From: an uncultured delta proteobacterium
GTDB lineage: Bacteria; Desulfobacterota; Desulfobacteria; Desulfobacterales; JAFDCJ01
Assembly (NCBI GenBank): GCA_963769935.1
Contig: CAVYNY010000003.1
Coordinates: 44,341-108,340 of the forward strand
Direction of reading: 5' to 3'
DNA length: 64,000 nucleotides
The notes under the pieces are model-generated. The model saw nothing but the letters and a program-made list of their open reading frames with translations, did no database searches and was not told the DNA's origin. A program made the position numbers and the translations under genes. The first letter of the stretch is position 1. The number at the start of each line of letters is the position of its first letter. Positions 19,901 through 28,890 of the stretch are shown piece by piece.

Positions 19901-20223
19901 GACCGGCTGCTTCCCAGGTCAGACTGGTGGGGGTTCATGATTATGACGGCGATGGTTATAAAGACCTATTGCTTTACTCCTTTAATCGCCTGCTGTCCGC
20001 CAAGAATCCTCTGGCAGAAACGGGTCCGAATGACGCCGGGTTCTTCTCCCAGTTAAAGTTTCAGGTCATTTCAAAGGACTTTTCCAGGGTTTTGAAGAGT
20101 GTAACCATTGCCGCAGAATGGGAAAAATGGCGGGGATTTGCCGTCAAGGACCTGGACCGACCGGATACGACGTATTATCCGTTTATGGCACTGAGCGATA
20201 AATTAACGATATTTAACTACTAA
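16915..20223 (+). CDS. exported tandem double-caspase protein with FG-GAP/VCBS-like beta-propeller
   Basis: Signal peptide; domain 1 YFSGHG/FDTCFSG; domain 2 YFAGHG/FDSCYSG; DxDxDG motifs (YDLDGDGREE, ADVDRDGRQD, HDYDGDGYKD). Confidence 0.88.
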   Translation: MIRGHKKIALLTILLWLAGGISLPALAENHALLIGIGKYRQRTLEGPPYDVAALSRVLAAQYDFQKENIRTLVNEEAVKSRILSEIERLTHHTHPGDRVFIYFSGHGTSRRDEVLALPLPYSTGALVPADFEADPAQPVEKLLSQLIIGRRDLRPALERLDRDRQVLMVFDTCFSGNTIRAIGNHKTANLSRYLPLPSRSVFKAEREIGSFEENLNLDDPYPYQNIFYISAASENEVAKDIQKDTLDLYPTIDGNPHGVLTDALLRVLAGQMRVDTDNDGRWSQIELYAAVKKEVQRRFQQSPQALPKVGTRTDRLYSRTFFVRSAKAVATAGGHPAEPAPGRQGANYQSGYSSSHALVVGINEYRHWPRLEYAANDARAMAARLKAQGFQTYLLTDEQATLKNILAGLETIRRSIDENSRMMFYFAGHGQTEDLPGGRERGYIVPVDADAYNWQRTMLPMDRLNQTIRQFKAKHILMAFDSCYSGLGLTRSIKGRPDPDSAYIQKMMHSRSIQILTAGSRSEQAIEAAGHGLFTDQLLAALAGAADINSDGYITATEIYATLRPAITQKSYSRQTPQFGYIEGNGDIIFLNTSREPEPAAVVVDTAISGIDVWAGTSEIGHRLPAGRHQLPALAGQTALIVKKGGRTLYRKNVLLSANRVFSIQIGATIATSHPPEAFSTITIANHSVDNYSNSIAYDLDGDGREEMVTASDNRLFAFRSDGTIIWEKKFHFPITLDLIDDWNSQPAIGLSAVNEDTVHLVLLDQRGEQIWQHVRKLTRYYNGKTDGGGKIAGLADVDRDGRQDVVAFATAEYTLKPRGIIVYDGRARELWRYTIGPAPQSIVVWQKDSGRPDIIIGTYSPGDGNRDLTNNTSDMQTYIISVDGFGKANWQIPVGGFYSGVVVLPAGLKDPARRFLYAHTYTSSLYREDVGAIYKISRSGQVLNRFETQNSILSVAVAEADQNGREYLYAADNKGNLLRLDERLNLLQRKPLTAGPAASQVRLVGVHDYDGDGYKDLLLYSFNRLLSAKNPLAETGPNDAGFFSQLKFQVISKDFSRVLKSVTIAAEWEKWRGFAVKDLDRPDTTYYPFMALSDKLTIFNY

Positions 20224-20232
20224 CAGACGACG

Positions 20233-20261
20233 GTAAACAAAATCGACGCGTCGTGCGTCTA
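20233..20261 (+). promoter_or_regulatory. putative ECF promoter, motif 1 (GTAAAC-N17-CGTCTA)
   Basis: Upstream of the glycine-zipper lipoprotein gene. Confidence 0.6.
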
Positions 20262-20357
20262 TCAGGCTAAAATTCGACAAACCAAAACCTATGGGAACCG
20301 GCACACTGCGGGTGTCCGGCAATCAACCAGCCGCTGCACAGAAAGGAGGACGTCCAG

Positions 20358-20795
20358 GTGAAAACAATATCAAAAGGCATTTTTATTTTAATTGGATTGG
20401 TTATTGTTGCATCATGCGCCGGCCGACAATACGATCGTTACAATACCCAGCGCGGTGCGGCAATCGGCGCCGGCTTTGGCGCACTGACGGGACAGCTTAT
20501 CGGCCGCGATACCAGAAGCACGCTTATCGGTGCCGGTGTCGGGACCCTGGTGGGCGCTATCTTCGGAAACGCAGTTGATCAGGAGCGCCAGATTGCCAGA
20601 GAAGCGGCCGTAACGAATAGAAGAATTGTTTACTACGATCAGCAGGAAGGCCACGCTCTCGAAGCGATCCCCGGCCCCGAGGACCGGCACACAAAATGCC
20701 GCAAAGTAACCAAACGCGAGTGGGACAAGGGGTATCTTGTCAGCGAGCGAGTTGAAGAAATTTGTGAGGGGGAAAAGGTATCACAAATGTATTAA
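20358..20795 (+). CDS. glycine-zipper lipoprotein
   Basis: AGGAGG RBS, lipobox VASC, GAAIGAGFGALTG...GAGVGTLVGAIFG. Confidence 0.85.
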   Translation: MKTISKGIFILIGLVIVASCAGRQYDRYNTQRGAAIGAGFGALTGQLIGRDTRSTLIGAGVGTLVGAIFGNAVDQERQIAREAAVTNRRIVYYDQQEGHALEAIPGPEDRHTKCRKVTKREWDKGYLVSERVEEICEGEKVSQMY

Positions 20796-20906
20796 AAAGA
20801 AGGGATCTTTTATATTCACCGAGCAGCGACTTTCAGCTTGCACCTAATCTCTTTCAGGGAGGATTAGATTAATTTACTTATCGATCCGTCAACCAATCAG
20901 CTTAAT

Positions 20907-22205
20907 CTAATCCGGCAGCAGATCATAAAAGTAGAGCATGGCATCCGACCGGGTGATAATTCCGATAATCCGGCCCTTTTCCACAACCGGCAGCCGGCCG
21001 ATGTCATGCTTCACCATCAGACGGGCAGCCTGCATGGGGCTTTTGCCGGGTTCGATAGCCAGAGCGTCGGGCGTCATAAACGCTTTGACCGGTGCCTTTA
21101 GCTGGGACTCTTTTTTAACCTTGCGAAAATCACGCCTGGAAATCATACCCACCAGTCTTTTATTGTTGACCACCGGCAGTCCGGTACAACCTTTTTCTTT
21201 TAAAATCCGAGCCACTTTTTCCATTGATGTGTCGCCGGTTACGGTAAATACTGGAAACGACATTAAATCGCTGATCTGGACGGAGGCCTGCTGATTGCCC
21301 CTGATCAGCTCTTTTATCCACTTTTCAACTGCAGCGGGATTGACCGATTTCAGCAGCGCGGCCCCGGCATTGGGATGTCCGCCGCCGCCCATGCTGCGCG
21401 TAATGGCGCCCACATCGAAGCCTTCAACTGAACTGCGCCCGATTACCATGCAGCGCTCGCGGACCGCCTCGGAGAATATGCCGAAAGCTGCATCGACATT
21501 GACGATATCCATGTACATGTTGACGACGACCGCCAGGCTGTCCACGTAACCTTCGACGTCGATTTTATTGATGCTGACCGAGTGACCGTTGATTTTGATA
21601 CGCTTGGCGGTCTGCAGCATTTTGAACAAAATATCTTTTTGTTTCTCACCGTAGGCAGGTCGCAAAAAGGTGCTTATGATATTCAAGTCAGCCTTGCGAT
21701 CCAGTAAATATCCGGCTGCGTAAGCATCTTCGGCTCCGGTGGAGGGAAACGTCAGGTTGCCGGTATCTTCATAAATACCTGCCAGCAGCAGCGTAGCCTG
21801 AATGGGCGTCACTACTTTGCCTTCTTTTCTCAGCTGCCGCACCAGAAGGGTAACGGTGGCGCCGGCAGGCTCCTGGCATAGAAAGTCTGCGGAGATATTC
21901 CCCTCGTTGGTGTGATGATCCCATAAAAAGATTTCAAGATCGGTCCGGTCTCTGAGGGTTGCCATGCGATCGAGGCGTTCCCATTTATTGACGTCAACCA
22001 CGATCAGCCGGCTAATTTTGGACGGATTGATGTCATCCAACGTACTAACCTGCAAAAGATCTTTATGAATGGACAAAAAGGCTTTCACGTTGGGGTTTAA
22101 ATTCTTCGGCAGGACCGGGATGGCGGCGGGATAGAGAATGGTTGCGGCGATAACGCTGGCCAGGGCATCAAAGTCGGTGTTTTTGTGAGTGGTTACAATC
22201 TGCAT
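20907..22205 (-). CDS. DHH/DHHA1 phosphoesterase-family protein with CBS pair
   Basis: THKNTDFDA, WDHH, GIYEDTG, GGGGHPNA, two C-terminal CBS domains. Confidence 0.88.
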   Translation of the reverse strand: MQIVTTHKNTDFDALASVIAATILYPAAIPVLPKNLNPNVKAFLSIHKDLLQVSTLDDINPSKISRLIVVDVNKWERLDRMATLRDRTDLEIFLWDHHTNEGNISADFLCQEPAGATVTLLVRQLRKEGKVVTPIQATLLLAGIYEDTGNLTFPSTGAEDAYAAGYLLDRKADLNIISTFLRPAYGEKQKDILFKMLQTAKRIKINGHSVSINKIDVEGYVDSLAVVVNMYMDIVNVDAAFGIFSEAVRERCMVIGRSSVEGFDVGAITRSMGGGGHPNAGAALLKSVNPAAVEKWIKELIRGNQQASVQISDLMSFPVFTVTGDTSMEKVARILKEKGCTGLPVVNNKRLVGMISRRDFRKVKKESQLKAPVKAFMTPDALAIEPGKSPMQAARLMVKHDIGRLPVVEKGRIIGIITRSDAMLYFYDLLPD

Positions 22206-22413
22206 TTAATGAAATTATACCCGACTGGAGGCAAAATGCAAAGAAAAAGGTAGATTGACTCCGGCAATGGTATTATTGATAGACAATGCTTCCGGCAAAC
22301 TAAAACCGATCCTCTGTTGACAGATCCTATAGGTTTGATATTAAAGCCGGAAGAGATAATTTACCATCACCTGCCTGCAAATTAAAACCATTGTTTGCAA
22401 TATTGTGAATCCC

Positions 22414-22968
22414 ATGAATAAAGTCATTTTATCGGTTTTGGGGCATGATCGTCCCGGAATTGTGGCGGCAGTCGCCAATGTTCTATTCGAGCAAAACTGC
22501 AATATTGAAAATGTCAGCCAGACGATCCTGCAAACCGAGTTCGCGGGATCATTCATCGTGACCCTGCCACCGGGTTTGCCTTTGGACAGACTGCGCGACA
22601 TTCTGATTGCAGAACTGGCGCAAATGGAAATGCATGTGCATATCAAGCCGCTGGCCGACCCAGCGGCAGCACCGGCATCAAAAGCGTGCGAACCGTTTGT
22701 CATCACAACCAGAGGTCCGGACCGCAAGGGCCTTGTGGCCGGCATCAGCGCCACTATCGCCCGCTACGGTGTAAATATCACCAACTTACTGGCAGTCTTC
22801 AAAGGTGGCGATGAACCCGGCAATAATATTATGATCTACGAGGTGGAAATCCCCACCGATATCGACCAGAATGCCTTTTACCACGACCTCAGAGAAAAGG
22901 CCGCCGCCCTGGGGCTGGATATCAGTATCCAGCACCGCAATATTTTTGAAAGTATCAATAGAATCTGA
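22414..22968 (+). CDS. tandem ACT-domain protein (GcvR-like)
   Basis: VLGHDRPGIVA and TRGPDRKGLVA ACT motifs. Confidence 0.85.
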   Translation: MNKVILSVLGHDRPGIVAAVANVLFEQNCNIENVSQTILQTEFAGSFIVTLPPGLPLDRLRDILIAELAQMEMHVHIKPLADPAAAPASKACEPFVITTRGPDRKGLVAGISATIARYGVNITNLLAVFKGGDEPGNNIMIYEVEIPTDIDQNAFYHDLREKAAALGLDISIQHRNIFESINRI

Positions 22969-22984
22969 AATAGAAAGGCTTCTC

Positions 22985-24358
22985 ATGCTAACCGACAGAG
23001 AAATCATCTCCACCCTGGAAATGCTAGAAAATGAAAATTTAGATGTCCGCACGGTAACTCTGGGGATCAACCTGTTGGATTGTGCCAGCCAGACTTTGGA
23101 AACTTTAAAAAATAATATAAATATTAGACTTAACCAGCTGGCTAAAAATCTGGTGGTTGTCTGCGATCGCATCGGTCAAAAATATGGCATCCCCGTGGTG
23201 AATAAACGCATTGCTGTCAGCCCGATAGCGGTCGTGGGAGCCGCTCTTTCCTCATCTCAGCTGGTTGAGATTGCCCAAACCCTCAATGCCGCGGCGCAGC
23301 GGGTAAATGTTGATTTCATCGGTGGTTTCTCGGCGCTGGTTCAAAAAGGTATGGCCCGCGGCGACCGTGCCCTTATTGAAGCCATCCCCCACGCCCTGGC
23401 GGCCACTGAGCGGGTGTGTGCGTCCGTTAATGTGGCTTCCACCCGGGCGGGCATCAACATGGATGCGGTCCTGCTCATGGGGAAAACCATCAAGCAGGCA
23501 GCCGAGCTGACCGCCGACCAAGACGGTCTGGCCTGTGCCAAGCTGTGTGTATTTGCCAACATCCCACAGGATATTCCATTTATGGCCGGTGCCTATCTGG
23601 GTATAGGGGAAGGCGATGCGGTCATCAACGTCGGCGTGAGCGGTCCGGGGGTCGTGAAAAAGGCGATTGACCGTGCGCTCGAGGCCGATCCTGATCTAGA
23701 CCTGGGAGAAATATCGGAACTGATAAAGAAAACCGCTTATAAAGTGACGCGCGTGGGCGAATTAATCGGCCGGGAAGTTGCGAACAGCCTGAAGATACCC
23801 TTCGGTGTGGTGGATTTATCACTGGCCCCAACGCCCAATGTCGGCGACAGCGTCGGTGAAATTTTTCAGAGTCTGGGCCTATTGAGCATCGGTGTTCCGG
23901 GAACTACCGCCGCCCTTGCGCTCTTGAACGACGCCGTTAAAAAAGGAGGGGCATTTGCCAGTTCGCGGGTAGGCGGCCTGAGCGGCGCGTTTATCCCGGT
24001 CAGCGAGGATCTCAATATATCCGAAGCGGTCCGCAACGGCCACCTCGGCCTTGACAAGCTGGAGGCCATCACCAGTGTTTGTTCGGTGGGGCTGGATATG
24101 GTAGCCATCCCCGGAGACACATCCGCCGAAAACATCGCCGCCGTCATTGCCGATGAAATGGCCATCGGGGTTATCAATAATAAAACCACCGCGGCCCGGT
24201 TAATACCAGTCCCCGGAAAGGCTGCCGGTGACAATGCTTATTTTGGCGGCCTGCTCGGACAATCCACCATAATGCCCGTCAACAATGGACAAGGGGTCAA
24301 TCGTTTTATCCGTCACGGCGGTTTAATACCCGCGCCGTTGCAGAGCCTGACGAACTGA
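22985..24358 (+). CDS. DUF711/UPF0210 (PFL-like fold) protein
   Basis: ENLDVRTVTLGI, VNKRIAVSPI, NVGVSGPGVV, SVCSVGLDM; usual partner of the ACT protein. Confidence 0.9.
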   Translation: MLTDREIISTLEMLENENLDVRTVTLGINLLDCASQTLETLKNNINIRLNQLAKNLVVVCDRIGQKYGIPVVNKRIAVSPIAVVGAALSSSQLVEIAQTLNAAAQRVNVDFIGGFSALVQKGMARGDRALIEAIPHALAATERVCASVNVASTRAGINMDAVLLMGKTIKQAAELTADQDGLACAKLCVFANIPQDIPFMAGAYLGIGEGDAVINVGVSGPGVVKKAIDRALEADPDLDLGEISELIKKTAYKVTRVGELIGREVANSLKIPFGVVDLSLAPTPNVGDSVGEIFQSLGLLSIGVPGTTAALALLNDAVKKGGAFASSRVGGLSGAFIPVSEDLNISEAVRNGHLGLDKLEAITSVCSVGLDMVAIPGDTSAENIAAVIADEMAIGVINNKTTAARLIPVPGKAAGDNAYFGGLLGQSTIMPVNNGQGVNRFIRHGGLIPAPLQSLTN

Positions 24359-24414
24359 TGCGGCTGTCGAAAATCTCAGATATCCGGTCTGAATCTTAAA
24401 AGCGGTGTTTAAAG

Positions 24415-25215
24415 ATGCGCTTCAATATCAGAGCAAACAGGATCTGGTCTCCGGCCATGGATGTCCTCAAATATTTGCTGCTGGTGACGGCTGTTACCTG
24501 GCTGATGGTCAACAGCACCAGACAACTGGGATATCACTGGCAATGGTACCGGGTGCCGCAGTACCTTTACACCCTAAAAGACGGACATTTTGTCAGCGGG
24601 CCTCTTATCGCGGGTTTGATGGTAACCCTGCGCATTACGGGCGTCAGTCTCATACTGGCATTTAGCTTCGGTCTGGTGACGGCGCTTTTGCGACTTTCCA
24701 ACTCACTGGTAGGCAAAGTGATTTCGCGCGGGTATATAGAAGTCATCCGCAACACGCCGTTGCTGGTCCAGCTGTTTTTTATATATTTTGTATTGTCGCC
24801 GGTTTTTAATATTAATGCGTTTACCTCCGCCGTGCTGGCCTTGAGTCTTTTCGAAGGCGCCTATGCCTCGGAAATATTTCGCGCGGGAATTGTCTCCATC
24901 CATCAGGGGCAATGGGAAGCCGCCTCCAGCATCGGATTGAACACCCGCCAGACCTATCGGTTTATCATTTTACCCCAGGCGATTCGGCGAATCATTCCGC
25001 CGCTGACCAGCCAGGCAGTTTCACTGATAAAGGATTCAGCGCTGGTCAGCACCATTGCCATTTACGATCTAACCATGCGCGGTCAAGCCATCATCGCTGA
25101 AACGTTTCTGGTTTTTGAAATCTGGTTCACGGTGGCCGCGATGTATCTGATCATTACGTTGATCTTGTCCTTGACCGTCTTTTATATGGAAAAGAGATTT
25201 AAAGTGGAACATTAA
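24415..25215 (+). CDS. polar amino-acid ABC transporter permease
   Basis: RNTPLLVQ, AYASEIFRAGI..GQWEAA, LIKDSAL. Confidence 0.92.
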   Translation: MRFNIRANRIWSPAMDVLKYLLLVTAVTWLMVNSTRQLGYHWQWYRVPQYLYTLKDGHFVSGPLIAGLMVTLRITGVSLILAFSFGLVTALLRLSNSLVGKVISRGYIEVIRNTPLLVQLFFIYFVLSPVFNINAFTSAVLALSLFEGAYASEIFRAGIVSIHQGQWEAASSIGLNTRQTYRFIILPQAIRRIIPPLTSQAVSLIKDSALVSTIAIYDLTMRGQAIIAETFLVFEIWFTVAAMYLIITLILSLTVFYMEKRFKVEH

Positions 25216-25258
25216 GAAAACTTGACAAACTATATCAACAAGAACAAAGGAGGTTGGT

Positions 25259-26092
25259 ATGAAAAGCTTCAAAACTGGAATGGCGGCGATTGTCGCGTGG
25301 GCGTTGGTTTTTGGTCCGGCGGGATTTGCAAAGGCTGAAAATGTTCAACAGGAATTAATCGACCAGAGCACGGTGGAACAGGTTATCAAACGGGGAATCC
25401 TCACAGTCGGCATGTCGACATTCGTTCCCTGGGCCATGAAAGATAAAACCGGCAAACTGATCGGTTTTGAGATCGATGTTGCCAACCAGCTGGCCCAAGA
25501 CATGGGGGTGAAGATCGAATTTGTGCCCACCAAATGGGCCGGCATTATCCCGGCGCTTTTGACCGGAAAATTTGATGTGATCATCGGCGGCATGAGTGTT
25601 CGACCGGATCGCAACCTGAAGGTCAACTTCAGCATTCCTTATGACTTCGCCGGTCAATCACTGGTGGCCAATAAGAAGCTGGCGGCGGGCTTTACCAGTC
25701 TCAAAGATTTCGATCGGCCCGATGTGGTGATAGCGGCCAGGCTCGGCGCAACCTCCGCCGATGCGGCCAATAAATTTTTGCCCAAAGCTCAAAAGCGTTT
25801 TTTTGACGACGAAGCCCAGGTCATCCAGGAAGTCCTTAACGGGAGAGCCCATGCAGCAGTGGCTTCCGCGCCCTTACCGGCTTTTCAGGCGCTTAAATAT
25901 CCGGATAAACTCTTTTTGCCCTTTCAAGGAACCTTCACCAAGGAACCCATTGGTTTTGCGGTCAGAAAAGGAGATTTTGATACGCTCAATTATTTTAACA
26001 ACTGGATTCGGGTAACCGAAGCCAAAGGTTGGTTGGCGGAGCGCAAGCACTACTGGTTTGAAACCAATGATTGGGAGGGGATGCTGAAGTAA
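25259..26092 (+). CDS. polar amino-acid ABC substrate-binding protein (family 3)
   Basis: Signal peptide; GFEIDVA, IIPALLTGKFDVII, FAVRKGD. Confidence 0.92.
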   Translation: MKSFKTGMAAIVAWALVFGPAGFAKAENVQQELIDQSTVEQVIKRGILTVGMSTFVPWAMKDKTGKLIGFEIDVANQLAQDMGVKIEFVPTKWAGIIPALLTGKFDVIIGGMSVRPDRNLKVNFSIPYDFAGQSLVANKKLAAGFTSLKDFDRPDVVIAARLGATSADAANKFLPKAQKRFFDDEAQVIQEVLNGRAHAAVASAPLPAFQALKYPDKLFLPFQGTFTKEPIGFAVRKGDFDTLNYFNNWIRVTEAKGWLAERKHYWFETNDWEGMLK

Positions 26093-26121
26093 CAGCAGAA
26101 AGGTGTCGGCAAAAAATGGTT

Positions 26122-26296
26122 TCAGGTTTCAGCCCAGCCGCCGGCCAAAACAACGGCCGGTCTGATCAAAAAAGAAACAGAATAGTTCACCACAGAGCCC
26201 GCAGCCTCCGGCCCATAGGGCCTACGCCCCGGTGGGAGAACGCCGAGGAAGAAAACGTTAATTAATCTCCGCGCTCTCTGCGCTCTCAGCGGTGAG
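26122..26296 (-). repeat. family B repeat copy carrying a 32-bp palindromic insert (26205-26236)
   Basis: Reverse-complement match to 14127-14280 once cctccggcccatagggcctacgccccggtggg is removed. Confidence 0.85.
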
Positions 26297-26431
26297 ACAC
26301 TTCATAAAAATCGCATCGAATTTAAGGATATTTATGTCTTGATTTCACTTATCATACGTAAAACCTGACTCCTGAAACCTGAAACCTCTAACCTAATATA
26401 AATCCGACACCAGAAATCTGAAACTTGAAAG

Positions 26432-27328
26432 TTGGAAAATAGCTTGTTAAGAAGCAAAACAAAACTGACCACCCTGGATTTCATCCTTTCGCTGCTGCTG
26501 CTGCTGGCTATAATTTATATTGTCTATAAAATCAAAATCGGTCTGAGCTACAAATGGGACTGGAGCGCCATCCCCCAGTATTTTTATCGTTACGACCCTG
26601 CGGAAAAAAAGTGGGTGTCGAACATCCTCATGCAGGGATTTCTAACCACCATCCGTCTGAGCTTCTGGGCGACAATCCTGGCGACTTTTGTCGGAACCCT
26701 GATGGGACTTTTTCGGGTGAGTCGAAGCTTGTTCCGCAGGCTGATAGGCGGCACTTATGTCGAATTGATTCGCAACCTGCCGCCTCTGGTGATCATCTTC
26801 ATTTTTTACTTCTTCGTGGGTGACCAGATTCTTCCGGTTTTCGGTATGGAGGAACTCATTCGCAACAGCAGTGAAAGCACCCAGCAGATCGTCACCGTGC
26901 TTTTTGCCAAGCCGTCTCTTTTGACGGCCTTCCTGTCGGCCCTGGTAACCCTTTCCATTTTTGAAGGAGCTTATATTACCGAGATCGTCCGGGCCGGAAT
27001 TCAGTCAATTGAAAAGGGCCAGTGGGAGGCCTGCGCCGCGCTGGGTTTCACGAGATGGCAGCAAATGCGCCATGTCATCCTGCCCCAGGCGGTCCAACGT
27101 ATTTTGCCGCCCCTAGCCGGCCAGTTTATCTCGACAATCAAAGATTCCGCCATCGTCTCCGTCATTTCGATTCAGGAATTGACCTTTCAGGGAATGGAGC
27201 TGATGTCGACCACCTACTTAACATTTGAAATCTGGATCACAATTACCGTCATGTATCTGATCCTGACCTTATCCTGCTCGCTGGCAGTCGAACGCCTTGA
27301 AATCTATATGCGTAAAAATTCGGTGTAA
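26432..27328 (+). CDS. polar amino-acid ABC transporter permease
   Basis: RNLPPLV, AYITEIVRAGI..GQWEA, TIKDSAI. Confidence 0.92.
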   Translation: MENSLLRSKTKLTTLDFILSLLLLLAIIYIVYKIKIGLSYKWDWSAIPQYFYRYDPAEKKWVSNILMQGFLTTIRLSFWATILATFVGTLMGLFRVSRSLFRRLIGGTYVELIRNLPPLVIIFIFYFFVGDQILPVFGMEELIRNSSESTQQIVTVLFAKPSLLTAFLSALVTLSIFEGAYITEIVRAGIQSIEKGQWEACAALGFTRWQQMRHVILPQAVQRILPPLAGQFISTIKDSAIVSVISIQELTFQGMELMSTTYLTFEIWITITVMYLILTLSCSLAVERLEIYMRKNSV

Positions 27329-27336
27329 TGTGGTAT

Positions 27337-27729
27337 CTACTTCACCGATACCACCGGGCATCCGGCCTGCAGAATAACATACTGCGCGGTTGAACCCATC
27401 AAGAGTTTGCCTACTTTTGACCTGCGTTTGACACCGACGATGATTTCATCCGCGTCGTTTTCTTTGGCAAACTCGACGAGGTCTTCTCCCGGAGCCATCC
27501 CTCTGATCAACAGATGGATATTACATTCAATATTGTTTTCATCAAACAGGGATTTAGCCCATTCCAGACCGCGCTCGGCCTGTTCAATGTCCTCGCGTTG
27601 ATCTTCGGTGCCCTTTTCCATGGAGGTGACCACATCCACGGTAGCCCCAAATGTTTCAGCATGGATCTTTGCCAGGTTTAACGCTTCTTTTGCCGCACCC
27701 GTTCCGTCATAGCCGATTAAAATTTTCAT
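27337..27729 (-). CDS. universal stress protein
   Basis: KILIGYDG, IIVG..LLMGSTAQYVI..CPV. Confidence 0.93.
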   Translation of the reverse strand: MKILIGYDGTGAAKEALNLAKIHAETFGATVDVVTSMEKGTEDQREDIEQAERGLEWAKSLFDENNIECNIHLLIRGMAPGEDLVEFAKENDADEIIVGVKRRSKVGKLLMGSTAQYVILQAGCPVVSVK

Positions 27730-28051
27730 GGTGATCTCCCCATTCGTGTTCTTTAAAATTAGAAATGAATTTCAGATAATTCTGTCATTTTCTTGTTACG
27801 GATTCTTATACCACACAGGACGCCAAAGTGCTACTAAATTAGAATGAAATCTTCTTTTCCAATCAAACCGGCCGCTACGGCAGCCAGCCTAAAAATAGGA
27901 TGATAAATTTAAGGGGATACCCGAAAAAACCCATTTATTGTGCTGAAATCATATCCATTACACAACAGAGTGTGTTTTCACGTGAAACCTAATTGAGCCG
28001 TTGAATATGAAATAGCCTGCAGAGCACCATCGCCGGCGAAACTGAAATTCT

Positions 28052-28741
28052 TCAAGTAAAACCTGAAATGACGATGATTGACCGCTGCAAATTAAGAAAC
28101 GGCAGATGGTAGTTCTCCAAAAAAATCCCGGGACCATGACCGGCGGCTGCAGTCCTTTCGCCGCAAAGATAACTCTGCAAATCATTCAGTTCATTTTTAG
28201 GCACCGCCCCCTTTAACGCGATAATGATACCGCCGGGTGCGAGCAAGGGTTTTGCCAGGCAAGTAAAGGTCGGTAAAGCGGATAAGGCGCGGCTGATGAT
28301 AACATCAAATCGGTTGCGGTAATGGGTATCGACGGTGAGGTTTTCCGCCCGCATCTGGAGTGCTTCAATATGCTCCAGTTTGAGGGTCCGAATGACATGC
28401 TTTAAAAAGTTGATCTTCTTGCGGGAAGTATCGATCAGGGTGACGGTTAACCCAGACATGAGAATTTTAAGGGGTATACCAGGAAAACCGCCGCCGGAGC
28501 CGATATCCAGCACGGTTGCATGCGGGGGTATATGATGCGCCGCGGGCAGGGAATCCAAAAAATGCTTGACAGCGACTTCCCCGGGGTCGGTGATAGCCGT
28601 AATATTGAACGTCTTGTTCCAGTGCATCAGTTCCCGGGCGTGTACGGCAAACTGCCGGGTTTGATCGGAATTAAGCTCGATATCTAAGGTACGCGCACCG
28701 TCAACAATCAGGTCCGACCACTCTTTTGAGCCGAATTGCAT
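28052..28741 (-). CDS. rsmG: 16S rRNA m7G527 methyltransferase
   Basis: WNKTFNITAI, KHFLDS, LDIGSGGGFPGIPL, ISRA. Confidence 0.93.
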   Translation of the reverse strand: MQFGSKEWSDLIVDGARTLDIELNSDQTRQFAVHARELMHWNKTFNITAITDPGEVAVKHFLDSLPAAHHIPPHATVLDIGSGGGFPGIPLKILMSGLTVTLIDTSRKKINFLKHVIRTLKLEHIEALQMRAENLTVDTHYRNRFDVIISRALSALPTFTCLAKPLLAPGGIIIALKGAVPKNELNDLQSYLCGERTAAAGHGPGIFLENYHLPFLNLQRSIIVISGFT

Positions 28742-28750
28742 AACAACAAC

Positions 28751-28876
28751 ATTGAATATTTTCGAATGAATATTGAATATTTAAGGTCCGCCACCGGCGA
28801 ATCAATTTAAAAAAAACTTTTAAAAAAATGACGGAGCGCAGCGACTTCCAGAAATATTCAATTTTCAATATTCATT
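28751..28876. repeat. family A repeat
   Basis: attgaatatt arms, gtccgccaccggcg hairpin, ggagcgcagcgacttcc core. Confidence 0.85.
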
Positions 28877-28890
28877 AGCCAATTTATGTA

